A stretch of 64,000 nt of DNA from Selaginella moellendorffii (lineage: Eukaryota; Plantae; Lycopodiophyta): the NCBI RefSeq assembly GCF_000143415.4, contig NW_003314269.1, forward strand, positions 807,246 through 871,245, in the 5' to 3' direction. The stretch's first letter is position 1. The number at the start of each line of letters is the position of its first letter. The position numbers and the translations under genes are program-made. The notes beneath the pieces were generated by a model. That model did not search any database, had not been told where the DNA came from, and saw only the letters and a program-made list of their open reading frames with translations. Of this stretch, positions 12,717 to 24,262 are shown piece by piece.

Positions 12717-13295
12717 TGTAAGCTCCTGAGTTTGGACTTCCCAGGAGGTCACCCAACCCAGTACTATTCAAGCCCAAGAACATTTAACCCCAAGTATCCT
12801 AAGACCCTTAACCGATTGAAAAAGGGGGTGCACTCTTGTTTATGGGCCCTTTCCCTTTATATTTGAACTCCATGGATTGTCTATCAAATCGTTCTTTTTG
12901 GTTGCTTACAATCCACTATGCTTCCCTACAAGTTCACGCCCTCGTGAACGGAAGTTGAGAACCGCAACACTCCTGAGAGCCTTGCTCTCTTTACACCCTA
13001 CCCCTTGGGAGCAAACTGGATCAACCAAATGTTAATCAACATGTGGCGCGATTCCCTTAGCCAACCAACAGAGTTGGACCCGAGACCCCTCTAATACCAA
13101 ATGTAAGCTTTTGAGTTTGAACTTCCCGGGAGGTTACCCAACCCAGTACTATTCAAGCCCAATGACGTTTAACCCCAAGTATCCCAAGACCCTTAACCGA
13201 TTGGAAAAGGGGGTGCACTCTTGTTCATGAGCCCTTTCCCTCTATATTTGAACCCCATGGATCGTCTCTCAAGTTGTTCTCTTTGGTTGCTTACA
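12717..13295 (-). mobile_element. Cassandra-type TRIM retrotransposon with 5S-rDNA-derived LTRs
   Basis: Two 194-bp LTRs (12717-12910, 13102-13295) with TGTAAGC...GCTTACA ends and 5-bp TSD AATGT. Met-PBS TGGTATTAGAG at ~13089-13099 (-); 191-bp non-coding interior. The LTR (-) carries GGTTAAA.GT..TTGGGCTTGAATAGTACTGGGTTGGGTGACCTCCTGGGAAGTCC, matching the plant 5S A-box/IE/C-box region. Confidence 0.95.
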
Positions 13296-13899
13296 AATGT
13301 TTTCAAGAGGCAAGTATTAGGCAAGTATTAAGCAAGGATCTATGGTGACAAATCTATTTTTATTTTAGCCCCATCTTTTTATGGGGAACAAAAACAAATA
13401 AAATTTTCAAGATGGTGTTTGCTGTATTGCTATAATACTGATGCCAACCATACAAAGTGGCTTAAAGAGATTAGTAAGTTAATGTCAAAAAGGGAAATGC
13501 TCATTATCAAAGAAGGAGTCCCTAACGAATAATGGATAGTAGGTGTTATCCAATGTCTAAGCTTATGAAAACGGGAAATCATCTATCTGAATTGGACAAA
13601 ACCAAAAGGGATTTTGGCAAAGCTAATGATGGGCATATAAAGGCTCATATGTAGCAATGTTAATCATGGTGTAGGGGATTACAATAACCATAAAAAGCAA
13701 AAGGTATAGCTAAAGGTGGTTATGCAAGTTGAGAGTGTGAATCAAATGGGTCTGAAGGTATTACTATTAATAACTGTGATGCCATGGAGGGTCTAAAATA
13801 TAGAATTATCCATATTAGACCATATGGCAATTAGAAGGTTTGCGAAAGGAGAAACTTTAGCAAGTTAAAGGATAAATTCCCTTCAAGGTTCCCAAAGAT

Positions 13900-15345
13900 A
13901 ATTTTATATAGGTTAATACTTAAAAAGCCAAGTGTAAATGGTTCATAAAACATGTAAAATCAGAGTGGCATAGCAAAAGTGTGGTCTTAAAGCTTATTAT
14001 AAGGCAAGGTTGGGGAAGTAATTCCTGATTGTTCAAAAAGATGGTTTTGAATAAAAGTCGATGGTTAAAGACTTTCACATTTATGCTTGAATGTATATTA
14101 TGCTAGTCAAGTGACTTGTTAAGTGAGCTTGGCAAATTGGGGGAACAAAGACCTTAGTTGAAGGTGTTGACTTCAAAAGAGGTGATTTATGTGGCCAAGC
14201 ATGGAAGAGTTTATGCATGATCAAAAGCTTGTCAAGTGAGAGGACTTGGTAATTCAAAGGAACTAAATTTTTAAGCTATGATCTGTAATGCACTTTGGGT
14301 ATAAGTTGGTGCACCAATGTGGGGAATAAGCATTCTTGATGATACCACTCATAGATGCATCGGTAGAGGTTGGGTTCGAGTATTAACTCTTTAGTGTTTG
14401 AGTTCAAATCCCAACTCACTAGGGCGTAGTGATAATTTGGAATATGAAGACACTCATTTTTTAGTAGTCATGGACTCTTAATAAGGAGATTGGCTTAGGC
14501 ACATCGCCAAGCGAGGGATGCCTTGGAGTTGTGATGCACGATTAAATTGCTTAGAGTGAAAGCTCAGCATATTTAATTTGAACACTTTGGCGCAAATGGC
14601 ACCAAGGACATGGCAAATGAAATGGGGACACTCAACCTCAGTTGCTATAAACCCTTGGCTGGAAGGGCTAGCTTGGGTGCACTGCCAAGTGTGGGGGATG
14701 CCCTCAGGGTCATGGTCAACAACTTAAAAGTCTAAAAGATTTAATACCTATTGGCAAACCTGTTAAGATGTCAAGGTTAGATTACTAAGTGATTTTATGG
14801 CTAAGCAAAGATAAAGTCCTTCTGAGGTTAAGGAATAAAGTTCCTAGTTCAAAATATTAATTTGAACTATTGATAATAGTATGGTTTGGTCAAGGTGACT
14901 AAGTGGAAAGGACACCTAAGCGAAATGAACTATAACAATGCAATGGTATTGTGAGTTCAAGAAAATAATCCATAGATGGGTCGCAAGGTTGGGCCATAGA
15001 TAAAACCTACACAACACCTCTTGGACTTGGCAAAGTAGAGCATTTGTTATAGAATCAAAAGGATACCTCAAGGATGGAGGTAGTGATCTTATATTACTTA
15101 GTGCAACAATCAAAGGATAGGAATAAAATACTACTAGCTAAGATTGGGCCATGGAAATCATTGGAAAGAATATCAATGGCAAAGTTAAGCAAGGAACACC
15201 AATATGTTAGATGCTAATAGATTGTAGAAAAGGAAATATATTTTTAAAAATAGACTCCCAAATGCTTCAATTTGGTAAAGATGAAAGCTTCAAAAGAAGG
15301 AGCATCAAAGTAGCCAAACGATAAAGCTGTGGATAGCCTTAACAC
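13900..15345 (+). mobile_element. Heavily decayed Copia-like pol remnant
   Basis: Faint integrase-like (QSGIAK, ~13960) and RT-like (KAVDSL, ~15325) echoes in the expected order, with many stops. Confidence 0.3.
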
Positions 15346-17434
15346 AAATTATGGATAAGTGAAACTTAGTGTCTAGAGTGGCATGAAATAGAAAAGAGGA
15401 TGATGATGCCTCCAAGTAAAGAACTTTCTAGGATGGGGAAGTGGAGTTTGCATAACATATGCAATGCAAGGTGTCGGGGACACCTAAAAAATTGACTTCG
15501 AAAAGTAAAAATTAAAAGTTCTAAAGTATAATGGTTATGTTGATGGAAGCTGAGTGTCTTGAATGTGACTTTGGGTATTGAAAGTTACTTGTTGGCTAGT
15601 CCTTTCAGATATTCTTTTTTTACTACCACGATGGCAAGAGGTTGGTATTGCTGGACCCTTTAATAGTTTTTACTTAAGTTAGTTGAGAAATTGGTCATCA
15701 CATGTGCACTTAGACCGGAAGAGCACTAAGGAAGGAAATCTTAAGTTGTCATTTGTTAAGCAAACTTAACACAGTGATGAGAAACTCATGATGTTGACTT
15801 GCACTTATTAGTGTTGGGAACCCCTGCGATATTGAGTTTGGTCCCTCAATATTCGCTAAATGATAGCTTACCATGTCTGCCAAACACCTTCACTATCATG
15901 TCTTTTGTGTTAGGTCCCAAATATTATTTATGGAAAGTGTTTAGATTTGCTCATTTGGCATATTTACAGAATGTAGAGATTATCTTGAACACAATAGTAT
16001 TCGTCCTATATCCAAATTCGCAATCTAAGGACATTCCATATTTAGTAAATTTCGAGCTTATTCTAGAGACTAACTTCTGGTACTAAAGGAGGCTTGGGGT
16101 GAAAGCCCAAAGCGTATGTTCCTCATAGGGGGGGATATAGGGGGTTATAGGGGGTTTCAAATGTATAGTAGGGATAGTGGGTAGGTTAGGCATGGTTGAC
16201 CAACTTAAACATTGTCTAGCTCCCGCTTGCATGCTTGTCCTTGTTCAGCGTCTAGCTTGGGTCTAAGCCCAAGCTCCATTCCATGCTAGCTAGTGGAGTA
16301 CTTATATCCTTGCATTAGGCCACTAGTATGCTGAAATAGCATTAGATTCCATTTGGCTCCGTTTTGCGTGCTAGTCCTAGCATTGGGATGCTAGTTGCTC
16401 TAGAACTAATCCAAGTTGCTCCGTGCTCCTGTCCTTTCGCTCTTTAGGTTGTATGCTCAAAAGTTATTCTGTGCTTCAATACCATTGCTCCTTGGCTCTA
16501 TGCTTGGGAGTTTGGCACCGTTCCTTTGTTTAGTGGCCCAAGGCCTTGAAACTTGAGTTTCACTCCACTGTCCTTTGGACATATGGCATGTAACATATGG
16601 CACATAAAGGGTTTAGGTTCCGCTTTCATGGTTATTCTATTGTAAATCACCATAGGATAAAGGGTAAAAACCACATGTGCTACACTGAGACTACTCAGGA
16701 ATTAATAATTGGATTGAGATAGAGAAAGTGCCTCTAACAGGTTTAGCAAGAACTAAACCAAATAAAGGGAGAGAACCACCACAAGTGGTCTAATGAGTCT
16801 CTAAGTTGGGAAGACTATTCTCCTTAGAAGAGGGGAAATGTATAATGAGCTTTTGGTGTCGAACTATTAATGAATATTGGCTTGGTGCTAAAGAAAATAA
16901 TAATCCATGATAAGGTTATTTTATAAAATGGTTTATCGTTCGATAAGGACATTAAACTTCGTCTATGGGTGGTAGAGTTGTGAGACACAAATCCTTGAGC
17001 CCCAAAATGAAGCCGAAAGGGGGTGGTAGTGGCCAAAACAGAAGCCAAATAAGCGTAACATATTTGGATTAAAAGCTCCAACTTGGACAGTCGAGAGTGG
17101 GAATAGAATTCCCAACGAAGTGTTCAAGAATGATCATGAAGCAAGTAGTGAATCTCTAGAAAATGGCCTATGTGTTGGGTGATAATATATCCACTAAAGA
17201 ATCTAAAGTTAGAGTGAATACAGACAGACAAGTGGGGTAGGTTAGTGATGTGTTCAAGAGCCAACTCTAGCTCTTCCAAAAGATTAAATAGTCAATGCTC
17301 CCAATCCAAGCATGGGTGGCACTACCTACTTCAATATTTTGTGTGGTTTATTGGAACTTTGTTCTAGCCACATGGCTAAGGCACTTAAAGGTGGAAGGTG
17401 GGGAGAGTACCCACAAGGCTTGCTTAGGGCCATA

Positions 17435-17629
17435 TGTAAGCAACTAAAGGGAACGATTCGAAAGACAATCCATAGGGGTTTAAATATAGAGGGAAAGGGC
17501 TTATAAACAAAAGTGCATCCTCTTTTCCAAACGGTTAAAGGTCTTGGGATATTTGGAGTTAAGCGTCCTTGGGTGTGAATAGTACTGGAACACGAGGTCA
17601 TTGTAGTATAGTAAACTCAGGAGCTTACA
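17435..17629 (+). mobile_element. Cassandra solo LTR, opposite orientation to the full element
   Basis: 195 bp, TGTAAGC...GCTTACA, colinear with the LTRs above. Flanks are CCATA/CAATA (TSD with one mismatch). Carries the 5S A-box AGTTAAGCGTCCTTGGG. Confidence 0.9.
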
Positions 17630-20435
17630 CAATAGTGTTTCGAAATGTTCTAAAATCCTAGAAACACTATGTTCTAAAATCCTAAACTGTGAAAAAAAAA
17701 AAGAGCAATTGTAAAAGAATATTAGGGAAGGTTATTCCCTATGTCTTTGAGAGACAAGATTGCAATGCAAGTAGTCTTAAACCATCAATGTAACAAAGGT
17801 GAATAAACATAGCCTTAGAGTAACAAGTTAACATTTGCACTTGGTCCAAAATGCTTCACATGTTTGATGTTATAACCGACACCTAAAAGTACTCTTGCCA
17901 TATTAAGTGGCATAAATGCCATTTATAGGGCTAGCAAGTCCCTAAATCTGGAATAGAATTTATAGAGGTTGTGAGTGAGACTTTTCCAAGTGGTTAGAGG
18001 TGTGATTAAGTGACTAAAGTATAATAGAAAATTTAATTGCTTACACTTAGGTTGGTTATAAGTGTGGGTATTTACAATAGTTTTTCCAATATGTGTTTTC
18101 TTACCTTTTGGATTAGTGATAACAACTTTAATGCCAACTACTTTTTTTCTCAACTTGAATATTTCATCAAAGTTCAATTACCATATTAGCAATTGTTATT
18201 AAATATTTCACAAAGAAGGATTTTTAAAAAACCTATTAGCTGCAAAGTTTTAAAGAAAAGGATGAATCCATTAAAAAACATTTGTTATATATTTTTTAGA
18301 ATGTTGTAAGGTAAGTCATTGCTATAATGATATACATCCTTAAAATATGACTCCATTAAAAGGGTGTAAAATTTTTAATTAAGTTTTTCTCACTTTATAA
18401 TGCATTATGAGAATGTTGGCAATGACTAAGAGAATTTTAAAGTCAAAGTTTCTAAACCCTCAAGCTTGAATGACAGCAACTAAATTATCAAGAAAAAAGT
18501 TGTGAGGATCTTGGAAACAAGACTTTAATATACAATTTTGAATAGGCTAAAACAATAAAAAGAATCTATTCCAAATTTTTTTATTAATATCAGTCATATG
18601 CTTAATTTATATTTCCAATAAAGATATCTCTTTATCACTGTTTTAAATATCTTCATCATAAGTATAAAACTATAATCTCTATTACTCATATGATATCCAT
18701 TCATAAGCCAAATTTCATCCTACCAACTCTCCTTAAAAATATCTAAGAGATCTAAGATAAAGATTTTCTTACTCTCAACAAAGAAAGAAAGTTTTTAAAG
18801 ATTGAGTAATAAACTCTTATTTGTAGCTCCTCAGAAGATGAAAAAAGGGTTGCCCACAAGTTATGACTTAGTGGGGGATAATGAACTAGAATAACACCTT
18901 AATCAAACTCTACTCGACCATTTTTCATAATTTTCAAAAACATAGAAGAGGAAAGGTAAAAAAAAAAAGAAAAAAACTCAAAACACCTCTATACTCACTA
19001 TATAAAAAATAATAAAGGAGGAAAAAGAACTTTAAACTTGATTTCTCCAATATAAAACTTTAGATGATTTCCTCTATAATCCAAGCTTTATACTCCATTA
19101 GTGCTCTATAAAAATCTATTAGTGTTTTCCATATGATCACCAAGCATCATCCATCTATAGAAATCTTTATTATACCCTTCTTTGGAGGGATTTTGCAAAG
19201 TAATGATGTGATTAAGAATAAATTTATTAGCAAAGAAGTCAATGAAGATCTTATTAATTCTTTAGCCTTTCTTCATGCCATTATAAAGTTGTCATTTTGA
19301 AGCTCATAACTAGTAACACACCGTCTTTGCATACTTTATGCCTAAAGAGAAAGAGGGGATTTTTATTAACTCTTAATTTTTATATTTTTCAAAGGAAGTA
19401 GAAACAAAGAAAGAACATTGCAAAACTAGAAGAGAAATTTTAAATTAGAATCACTCCATATTACATGCTTTAATACTTTGTGTTGTACTCAATCTCGGAC
19501 TTAGTCTTGGACTCAATCTCAGAACCAATTTTGGAATCGATCTCAAACTTGATTTTGAATCTCAAATCTCAAACTCAATCTTAGACTTGGTCTCAAACTT
19601 GATTTCATATTTAATCTTAGACTCAGTTTCACAATGAACTCTTTATTGTTTTGATCATGATTTCAAAGGATCTTTTAACTTACAACACCTCGGGGAGTTA
19701 ATTTTTTATAATAGAGTGCTTGCGAGCCACTATACACTTTCTATTCTTACATACACAAAATTTAACAAGTGTAACAACTTATTTCGAGGATAGTGAGAGA
19801 GAATACTTGAAGTTGAGATTTCTTTAACTGCCACAATATTAGATAAACACCTATAAATCTAATTTATAAATAAATAGGAAAGTCAATAGAACTTCTACTT
19901 TTATTAGAGTGGGAAAACGTGCCACAATGGATGAATTCTTTGTCTAATTGGTTGTGGTGTGCATTGGATCTTGCAGCAATATGACCTCATGGCCAAGGTT
20001 TTGTCACACCTGTGTGCATGAAGAGATTTCTCCTAGACAAAATTACAAATCTACAATGTTGTGATAGATCTAATCTTTTCTTTTCATTTCATGCAAGTAC
20101 AGATCTTGAACCATTAAGATCTATGGTTTTTCATACCCTAGCATTAAGATGGTGTGGTCAAAATGAAAATGAAGATCAAGAGGAACCAGAGCAAGAATGC
20201 AATGTCAGATTGATTCTCAACTATAAACAAACTTATATATGTTAAGAAAACGACAAAAGGCAAATCACTTTGAATGATCCTAATTATACAACATAACTGA
20301 GGATCAAAAGAGTGTTTTGTTTTGTTTGGTCCCTTGATGGCGAACTTTAACGGCTACGCAAGCTCTCGGCTCTAAGCGCTGAAGTTTGATCAGATTACTT
20401 TAAACTCAGAAACACGAGCTTACAAACATGTGGCA

Positions 20436-22310
20436 ATGCAATCGGGCGATGGGTTCTTGGGTCTTGTGAGATCGTGCCGGGATCTCGTGGCGGCGGAGGC
20501 GATCCACTCTCGCATTGCGTCACTGCTTCCAATCGTGGACGATGTCTACGTCGCCAACAATCTGATTGAGATGTATGGGAAATGTGGGTCTGTAGATCGT
20601 GCGCGCCAGGTCTTCGATGCCATTCGATCCAAGAACTGCTACTCCTGGTCGATCCTCCTCTGCGCTTACTCGCACAATGGCTACCTGGCCCAGGCCAAGG
20701 AGGTCTTCGATGCGATGCCTTGCAAGCACGATCCCATCTGCTGGAATTCGATGCTGGCGGCCTATGTGCGGAATGGGCATCTGGAGGATGCCAAGCGCTT
20801 CTTCCAGATCGCGCCAGTGACGAATCTAATCTCCTGGAACACGCTTCTATCCGCATTTGCCCAGCGTGGGGATCTGTGGGAAGCGACAAGAATCTTTCAG
20901 GGAATCCCACTCAGGACGCAAATCTCATGGAATTCCATGCTCGCAGCGCTTGCCCTAAACAATGGCCTCCAAAATACGGTCGATTTCTTCCACCAGATGC
21001 CCAACCACGACATCGTCTCTTTCACAACGCTTCTCTCGGCATATGCCCAAGCCGGACACGTGGAAGGCGCAAAGCGCATATTCGATAAGATGCCCCAACG
21101 GAACTACGTGACGTGGAATGCCATGCTGACGGCATATTCCCAGAACGGGCACCTGGAAGATGCTCGGAGATTATTCGATGGTCTTGCAGAGCGCGATCTC
21201 TCCTCCTGGAATGCGATGATCACCGCATACGCGGAGGCAGGGCAAGTGGAAGAGGCCAGACAGATCTTCCAGGCGATGCCAGTGGTGGATTTGGCGTCCG
21301 CCACTGCGATGCTGGTGGCATTCGCGCAGTCCGGCCGGATCGATCGAGCCTGGGCTTTGCTTCTCGAGATGCCGGTCCAAGATCTCAAGTCCTCCACGGC
21401 GATGATCGCGGCTCTCGTCCAGGCCGGGCATCTGAACGAGGCGAAGCGCGAGTTCCAACAAATGGAGCAGCGTGATCTCGCTGCTTGGAACACGATGCTC
21501 TCGGCAGAATCACAGAGTGGGAATCTGGAAGAGGCGAGGTGCGCGTTGGAGAGTATGCCCGAGCACAACACGGTCTCCTTCACGACGATTCTCTCGGCAT
21601 ATGCCCAACACAGGCATCCTGAAGAAGCAGCACGGATCTTTGCACTGATGCCTGCCCGCGACGTTTCTTCTTGGAACGCAATTCTAGCAGCATTTTGCCA
21701 TGCCCAGGAGCTTTCCAAGGCGGTAGAAACGTTTTTCGAGATGCCCGAGAGGGATCTCGTCTCGTGGACGTCGCTTCTCTCGGCATATGCCCAGAACGGG
21801 CACCTGGAAAGGGCTCGCGGGCTGTTTGATTCGATGTCTGAGCCCAATGTAATCTCGTGGAACGCTCTCCTCACTGGCTACGCGTCCAGGGGCCGCTGCT
21901 CCAGCGTTTTGGAATTGCTGGCAAGAATGAAGATCGCGGCTGTGTGCCCCGACGAGACGAGCCATTTGCTGCTTCTCACGGCCTGCGCTCGAAGTGGAGA
22001 AGTGGAGAGAGGGAGATCCTGCTTCGTTTCGATGGTGATGGATTACGAGCTGCAAGCTAGAAAGGAGCATTACAGCTGCATGGTGGACGCTCTTAGCAGA
22101 GCTGGGCGCTTTGATCAAGCCCGAGACTTGATTGCGAGCATGCCGTTTGTTCCGACATCTCTGGACTGGACAAGCCTTCTGACGAGCCCCGAAGAAGGGG
22201 TGCGTTCGCGTTGGCAGTTTGGAGAAGTCGAGAAAGGAAGAAAAAACCCAAAACCATATGTTGATTACATAAAATCGACACTTGGCCATGAAATTACACA
22301 AGCGGTGTGA
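20436..22310 (+). CDS. PLS-class PPR protein (mostly 31-aa S-type motifs) with a degenerate E region and no DYW
   Basis: Intronless ORF with repeated SWNAML.AYAQNGHLE.A..IFD.MP motifs and HYSCMVDALSRAG. Confidence 0.92.
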   Translation: MQSGDGFLGLVRSCRDLVAAEAIHSRIASLLPIVDDVYVANNLIEMYGKCGSVDRARQVFDAIRSKNCYSWSILLCAYSHNGYLAQAKEVFDAMPCKHDPICWNSMLAAYVRNGHLEDAKRFFQIAPVTNLISWNTLLSAFAQRGDLWEATRIFQGIPLRTQISWNSMLAALALNNGLQNTVDFFHQMPNHDIVSFTTLLSAYAQAGHVEGAKRIFDKMPQRNYVTWNAMLTAYSQNGHLEDARRLFDGLAERDLSSWNAMITAYAEAGQVEEARQIFQAMPVVDLASATAMLVAFAQSGRIDRAWALLLEMPVQDLKSSTAMIAALVQAGHLNEAKREFQQMEQRDLAAWNTMLSAESQSGNLEEARCALESMPEHNTVSFTTILSAYAQHRHPEEAARIFALMPARDVSSWNAILAAFCHAQELSKAVETFFEMPERDLVSWTSLLSAYAQNGHLERARGLFDSMSEPNVISWNALLTGYASRGRCSSVLELLARMKIAAVCPDETSHLLLLTACARSGEVERGRSCFVSMVMDYELQARKEHYSCMVDALSRAGRFDQARDLIASMPFVPTSLDWTSLLTSPEEGVRSRWQFGEVEKGRKNPKPYVDYIKSTLGHEITQAV

Positions 22311-23540
22311 AGGCTGTTTTCTTCTCCTTCCCCGAGTTCTTGTCAATCTTGTCCGGAAGTTCAAACTTGGTCTGCCAGCCCGCGATGATCATCTCGTCTG
22401 GAGAATCCGTCTTCTTGAAGCTTGGCCTCGTTTCCATGAGCTAAACAAAAGAGAAAAGAACATCTGAGAGATCATGTCGGACGAAAGCGAAGGAAAGCCT
22501 GGTGGAAGAAACTTGCCTCGATGTATTTTGCGACATGCTGGAGATTGCTGGGGAAGACGAAGTCTATGAAGTGCTTAAGAGCCACTCTAGCGTGATGAAG
22601 CTTTGGAGCCAAAGCAAAGTCGGAATTGGTGGGATTCTTTCCAGCGATGTAAGGGCCCTGAGAAACACAAACACAATTGTAGGAAGAACGTTCATGGAAG
22701 AAATTTTAGATGAGGAGAAACGCAAGAAGCTTACGTGCTTCTTCAAGTGCTCCTCGAGAGCTGTGAGCTCGTTGATAAACTCTTGCTTCGCTGGAGCGCT
22801 TCGGTCCTTGGACTTGAGCCAGTTTGTGAACGCTGGAAAGATGCCAGCCCCGCTGGAAAATCCAATCTCACATCTCAGTCGAGCTTCGGGAAAACAATGA
22901 AATCGGACTTACACGCTCTTGAACTCGTCTGGAGTTTTCAGGGACGGCTCCTTGAACTTGTTCTCCACATGCTCAAAGATCTTGTCTGAGTCTTGAATCC
23001 AATCAGCAGCGTCACGGAGAACCGGCATCAAGCCAGAGGGATTGCGTTGCATAAACCTGCGAGAAAACAAATCCCTTCTCCTAAGAAAAAATCAATCGAT
23101 CTCTCGCAACTGACCAGTCAGGTTTGTTGGGTCCTTCCTCGACATAAGTTGCCTTGTAAGGAAGATGTTTCTCTTCGAGAATCACAAACTTGGAATTGGA
23201 ACCAAAGAAGACAAATCCAAAAGTTTCATACCTTCCAGAACCATGTAAACTCGCTGAGAGAATGGACCTAGAAGACAATACAAATACCATAAGATATCAA
23301 TGGAAGCTCGCCCAGCTATGGAAGATAGAACTCACAATCTCCCCGTTGGTTGCTGGGGCTTCCAGTTCCAGTAGCCGCCTTGCCAAAAACTTCAAGATCC
23401 ACATCCTGCGAAGCCATAGCCGATACTCTCCTGGCAAATCGCCTCGATCGCGAGAAGGAAGAGCTCCAAGAGACTGGAAATCTCGATAGTCTGGAAGACG
23501 CGAAACACACACTCTGCAATGGGGCGATAGTGGCAGCCAT
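22294..23540 (-). CDS. DHAR: Dehydroascorbate reductase (GST superfamily), multi-exon, with transit-peptide-like N-terminus
   Basis: Spliced translation LEVFGKAA...GDCPFSQRVYMVLEEKHLPY...KPDWFMQRNPSGLMPVL...GPYIAGK...LAPKLHH...IIAGW, with GT-AG introns. Confidence 0.9.
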
Positions 23541-23807
23541 TTGGAGGTTTTAGGTCACTTACACTTGCAAGCTCGCATGCGCGCCACGTTTCAAGCACGA
23601 ACATTAATTCAAATTCAAATTCTAGGGCTAATAACTTTTATTCGTTGCGTGCTTTCTCGCAGCTTGATTCCTGGCATAATGCATTGCGTTACAGACGATC
23701 TCCAGGCCATAAATTCCCATCCTCTCCCTCGCACAGTTCAGGCGATCACTCCCTTCGCATTCGCGTTCTTCCAATCAGTCCGAGAGTTCTAGGCGAATTC
23801 CAATTCC

Positions 23808-24122
23808 ATGGCGGCTGCGATGATCAAGCTCGCGATCGTGTGCGCGCTCTTCCTGGCGATCGCTTCCACCGCGGCGGCGGCGACCTGTAGCAACGATTTC
23901 ACGGCGCTGCTGCCGTGCCAGGCGGCGACGCAGGACGCGCAGGCCACGCCCACGGCGGCGTGCTGCAGTGTGGTGGAGAAATTCAAGGATGATCCGGCGT
24001 GCCTGTGCTCCACCATCGCGGCCGCCAAGAGCGCGGGGATCAGCATCAACGAGGCCAATGCCGAGAGCATCCCTACGCGTTGTAAGTTCCAGGGATACCC
24101 TAGCTGCGCCAAGAAGATTTGA
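23808..24122 (+). CDS. Non-specific lipid transfer protein (8-Cys motif)
   Basis: Signal peptide plus C-C-CC-CLC-C-C pattern. Confidence 0.9.
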   Translation: MAAAMIKLAIVCALFLAIASTAAAATCSNDFTALLPCQAATQDAQATPTAACCSVVEKFKDDPACLCSTIAAAKSAGISINEANAESIPTRCKFQGYPSCAKKI

Positions 24123-24262
24123 GGAGCCAAAGGAGAGTGGATTGAGACAAAATAACCCCTCCAAGAATCAATAAAACTCCCGCCTTTTCATTTCAAAATG
24201 CTAGGGCTTAGGGTTTATCAGGACAAGAGATATTCTCCCCACCATTAGGGTTCCAAACGACT

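Noticed and set aside
12735-12795. Functional 5S rRNA genes
   Set aside because: Only the internal promoter portion is present, and it is embedded in LTRs.
14365-14440. tRNA gene or SINE (GGTTCGAG, GTTCAAATCC B-box-like motifs)
   Set aside because: No cloverleaf and no correctly spaced A-box.
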